Source of the DNA: Azolla caroliniana
Taxonomy: Eukaryota > Plantae > Polypodiophyta
Length of the DNA: 64,000 bases
Reading direction: 5' to 3'
Assembly: GCA_043228905.1 (NCBI GenBank)
Contig: JBHGNT010000009.1
Location: 12,648,001-12,712,000 of the forward strand
The translations under genes were made by a program, and so were the position numbers. This document shows, one piece after another, positions 59,419-64,000 of the stretch. How positions within the stretch are numbered: the first letter of the stretch is position 1; each line of letters starts with the position of its first letter. Below the pieces are notes generated by a model. It saw only the letters and a list, made by a program, of their open reading frames with translations. It did not search any database and had not been told where the DNA came from.

Positions 59419-59663
59419 CCGCCGAACTTGAGGGGGAGAAAGGAAGAATAGGAACAAGAGCGTGAAAGGAGCGGAGGTGTTCATCACGGCGATGAGGAAT
59501 CGAACGGAGAATTCGATTTCGAACCGGTTGAAGAAGCCGAAGGAAGAAGCAAGGGTCATAATCGTGGGAAAGAGTCGGAGACAACCATTACGGATGAGAG
59601 CGGAATTGAATCGGAAGTGTTCGATTCAATCGGAATGTTAGATTCGGATACGCTGAATCAACT

Positions 59664-62600
59664 ATGGCGCATTGTGGTGTTGCCGGAGGGCACTATGCCG
59701 GGGATGCTATGGCAAGAAAGATATGGCACAACGGACTATGGTGGCCGACAACACTAAAGGACTCGGTTCGGTACGCGAAAGTCTGTGATTTATGTCAGCA
59801 GATGGGCCAACCAACAGAACAGGCAAGGATGCCTCACCAACCGATGCTACCCTTAGAACCCTTTCAAAAATGGGGGCTGGATTTCATTGGGCCATTTAAA
59901 CCTCTCGCAATGAGAACCGGCAGCAGATATGTTATAGTCACCACCGATTATTGCACCAAGTGGGTAGAAGCCAAGGCTTTGCGGGACAACATTGCGGCAT
60001 CAACGACAAAGTTCTTATATGAGTACATCTGGTGCCGGTATGGATGCTCGATCGAGTTAATTAGCGACCAAGGCGAACATTTTCTCGGTCAAGTAGTGGA
60101 GAGCTTAACAACATTCTATGCCGTGGTACACAAGCGTAGTACCCCTTATTATCCACAGGCCAATGGACTGGCCGAATCCACAAACAAAACACTCCAAAAC
60201 ATCTTGCGAAAGATCGTCAATGAAAACCGAACTGATTCGGACACCAAGCTGCATAGTGCACTATGGACATACCAGACGGCATCCAAAACAAGTACCCGGT
60301 CAACACCATTCTGGTTAGCATTTGGGCTTGAAGCAGTAATGCTGATCAAATTTCAGGTTCCGAGTTTGCGGATACAGGTTAGAGAACGACTAAGTGAAAA
60401 GGAATCGGAAAAAATCTGGTTAGCCACATTATGCGAACTCGAGGAGCATCGGATAACAAGTCTTATGCAGTTGGAACTGGAGTAGCGACAAAGGAAGGCG
60501 TTTGTCAATCAGCACCAGAAGGGCAATGAGAAGATGTTCATGATCTGCAAGCTGGTATTGGTGTTCCAGACCCGGATGGGTCAGACGCCGAGAAAGCCAC
60601 GGTTCCGGTGGACCAGACCGTATTGGATAACACGGGAATTCAACGGTTCATACCAACTCGGAACGCTCGCCGGTGAGATAATGGGCAAATGGGTCAATGG
60701 GTTTCAACTCAAACCATATTGTGGACCTATGCCATGGAATCCGTTTGCGTAGACCGAGGCTGATACAACAGTAGGAAGCAGGTGGCCGGCAAACATGAAT
60801 ATGGGGAAAAACCGAGATATGAACCCAGTGCTTCCGGTTAACTAAAACTCAATTTAAATATTAAATAAATAAAAAACATCATGCAAAGGCGAGGAGTGAA
60901 CGAGCACTTTGAAAAGGTGTGGTGGGTGGCTAATTAAAGCCTTTAAAAAAGGCGCACCACGTGTCAACCGACTGCTATATCAATACAGGACGTGCATGCA
61001 CGGGAATCAAGAAAAGGCGCCACGCATGGAGAAAGAAAACCTTCGCCACGTAGAGTCCCTTTACTCTCAGAAGCGGCTAAGAAATGGCTGAAGCAACACG
61101 GTCTAGAGGGATTCTTGCGAATAGTCGAAGCACCGCCGCACAGAGATGCGGAAAATGTCGTTAAAGACATCGACACAGAGGTCATCACCGAGGAAGCCAT
61201 CTGAGCCATGACCGGCCTACCGGAAGGGGGAATCTACTCGATCGACAACCCTTCGCAGGAGCTGCTGAAGAGGTATTTTGGGGAATACTCCCTAGGCAGC
61301 AAGCCTTACTGCACGCAATGCGGTGAAGACCTTTTGTTTCGGGAAATTGCTCGGGTACTCCACGAGTATGGCCACCCCCGACCACCGGCGATGCCTAGGA
61401 ATAGAGCCGGTTTGATCATAGCCACCTACGAGGGAGTACAGGTGGATTGGCTGGTAATGATTGTCGACAGCCTGAGCATTGCCATCGTCTCAATAAAAGA
61501 TGGCAAAAGGATGTGGACAGCAGTGGCACAATGGGTCACTCTGTTAGCACCGTCGGTGGAGCCCATGAAACAAAGGAAGAGGGGAAGACCTACAAAATCG
61601 ACCCCCAAAACAGCTTCAAAATGGCAGCAACTCCTGGCTACGCAGACGAAGGAACGGCCTAATCAGAAGCGGCTGGCAGAGAAGGAGGCATCGGTGGACA
61701 CCTCGGGGGGACTGTTGAAAATCAAGTTGCGCCTGTCAGAACAAGCAGCAACAGCCAGAACTGCAGCCGTCATGTGACGTAACCGTCAATAGTAGGCTCG
61801 TGACCAATGAAAACGTCATCCCACGACTAGAACCGGCACGACCACAAGGCACCAGTAGTCGATGGCTCCGATGGGTAGCAGAACAAGTAACCGGTGTTAT
61901 CTGCCAGTTAGAAGCGGAAGAGAAAGCGCAGGAAGCCCGGTTGCTAGCCACAACCGAGGAATTAGAGATGGCCCGGTCAAGAATCCGGAGCATGGAAGAA
62001 GACATAGAGAAGGCCAGAACAGAAATGGCCAAGTTGGTCATAGAAGGACCACATCAATCGGAACCGGTGACCCCGGTAACTCTATAGAATGATCAAACGC
62101 CGATGATGGCGGCAGGCCCGGATACTCATAAATCCTCAGCACAAGAACTCGCCACACTAAGGGAAGACCTGGCAGCACAAGAAGCCTTATGAGCCAGGGA
62201 ACGAGAATTGAAAAAAGTGGCGGAGAAGGAACAAAGGAGAACGGTCGACAACCTCCGCCGAACAGAGGAAAGCTTGAGAAGAGGTCATCAAGCGTATGAC
62301 TGACTGAAAGAAGAGAAAGACAAACTCCTGTAAGAAAAAGAGAAACTCCAGAGGACGGCAGAAGTGGAGATTGAGCGCCTCAAAAAAGAGCTCTGGCAAC
62401 AAAAAGATCGTGAGGACCGTGCTCGCCGGCTTATCAATCAAAAGCTCAAACAAAAAACCGACGACTTCGACTGACTGCACCGGGATTATAAGCATTTGGA
62501 TGCCGATCATAAGAAATTGACTACTGAAAGTGACCGGCCGTAGGAAAAGTGCAGAGAACTCCGGGAGGAAGTTAACCGGTTGACGGCAGCATTGATGGAA

Positions 62601-63018
62601 GAGTAGTCGAAGGGAGCCGAAGTAGCGAACAACTAGCGGCAGTAGGGAAAGAGCGATTGGACCTGCAAGTGCAACACCATGAGGAAACGGAGTGCGCTAC
62701 AATGACTCTAAATAGAGTTCAGACGACATATCAGACCCAACTCATGCACTACAGAAGCCAAGAAGTGGCAACCGCGAGCCTGATCAAACAATTGAAGGAC
62801 GAAAAACAGGTCGCGGAAAACAAGACAAAGATGGGGTTGGGGCGGATCCAGGACATCGTACTGGCATGGAGGAATCGAACGAAGCAATTGGTGGAAGAAA
62901 GCTCAGTACAGTGGTGGTCGAAGTGGGCTAAGCAGGCACCAGAGCTATAGTTGTTGCAAGCAGATGTAGAAAACCAGTGGAAAGAGGGCGACAAAGTTTA
63001 CATCCTTGATAAAGAAAG
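59664..63018 (+). pseudogene. G2-family gypsy fragment: integrase plus a long additional ORF3
   Basis: HCGVAGGH/CDLC, WGLDFIGP, ISDQG, YYPQANGLAE; ORF3 remnants from 60992 to about 63000 with an E/K/Q-rich tail. Confidence 0.85.
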
Positions 63019-63064
63019 TGTAAAGAATCAAGAGATGGATTCTTGTGAAGCGGAATAGGTGTGA

Positions 63065-63108
<44 letters not shown>

Positions 63109-64000
63109 AGATAGACAGACAGACAGACAGAGTATACGCAAGATTAAGTATATTAACAAAGGAGAAAGACACGACACTATACAAGGTGGGAGGAGGGTGC
63201 TTTATGTAGTCACCCTCTCTCTTCATTAACAACAAGACTCATGGAGCATGGGGAATGTGAAAGCTCATAAGTTATGTGTCATAGAATATGATTCTATGAC
63301 TCATACTAAATGCTAGAATACAAAGAGGTGACATAATGGCGACTCTTGACCATTGGAGTGTCTATTCACTCTCAAGGTGAGTTCACACACTAGACCAAGT
63401 TGAGCTTGATTCTCAACATGCCCCCTCAAGCTCAAGTCAGGTCGGTTTCAGACGGTATCCGAAATCCGCTTTGACTTGCGTTCCGAAGTCCGCGTCAACT
63501 CGCTTTTATGCAGAGTTGCGGAATCCATGCTCCAGCTTGCGTTGTGTATAGTTGCGAAGTCTGTGCTTCGGCTTGCGTCTTTCTTCGCGGCTTTGCGCGG
63601 TAGATCGGCTCTTCGCTGCTTCGTTGCGTGGTTGCGTAATCCACACGTTATTGTGTAATGTCTTCAGTACTCCCTCTCAAGCTTGGCAGGTCAGGGATCG
63701 TCAATCCGAGATCGGTCATTAATTGCCACAGCTTGTCAGCTCCTAGGGCTTTAGTGAAGATGTCGACCGTTTGAAGATTTGTGCTAATGTGTTGTAGGTC
63801 GACATCACCAGCTAGAACGCGCTCTCGGATGAAGTGATAGTGCACTTCAATGTGCTTTTTCTGCGCGTGGAACACCGGGTTCCATGCCAGATAGATACTG
63901 CTCATGTTGTCGCAGTAAAGGGAAGTCAGATCCTTGATGGATACACGCCCAGATCCTTGAGTATCCTTTTGAGCCATACGGTTTCACACATACCTACGGC
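63019..64000 (-). mobile_element. copia B family element, 3' end (LTR 63019-63418, PPT, RNase H)
   Basis: Reverse complement of the copia B LTR; KHIEVHYHFIRERVL. Confidence 0.92.

Larger units (their letters stand above)
49221..59660 (+). mobile_element. Ty1/copia C fragment (integrase to RNase H, related to copia A) with three nested insertions
   Basis: AERKN, AKAEKCILVGY, NEYMAHHYAYMTRVAEV, LLYVDDL, YTDADWA; frame resumes at 57212, 58131 and 59419. Confidence 0.85.

Noticed and set aside
57450-59559. Long ORFs with 18-aa and 17-aa repeats
   Set aside because: By-products of 54-bp and 51-bp tandem repeats; open in several frames on both strands.

Overview
Eukaryotic, gene-poor, transposon-saturated window with no intact host gene. 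A non-seed land plant such as a moss is likely (inferred from Met-tRNA-primed copia elements, Tcn1-like chromoviruses and CG/CHG-type C>T decay). It is a stack of nested elements: three Ty3/gypsy families (two near-identical, apparently intact 5.8-kb chromovirus copies in opposite orientation), several degenerate Ty1/copia elements, solo LTRs and two DNA-transposon-like units. The main result is a repeated element (two copies share one terminus) carrying a five-exon gene for a ParB-like domain fused to a beta-class DNA amino-methyltransferase (DIP[Y]G ... QKP ... DLFSGTGTT). It sits head-to-head with a DUF7869/Sola1-like DDE transposase. That transposase is split by a 9.6-kb Sola2-like transposon (23-bp TIRs, TTAT TSD) whose cargo gene has a degenerate FCP1/NIF phosphatase-like domain. 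Other signals: antisense tRNA-type A/B boxes with fixed 32-nt spacing in two LTR families, Tf1-type self-priming, and two -1 frameshift sites. All family assignments are by motif recognition only; no searches were run.
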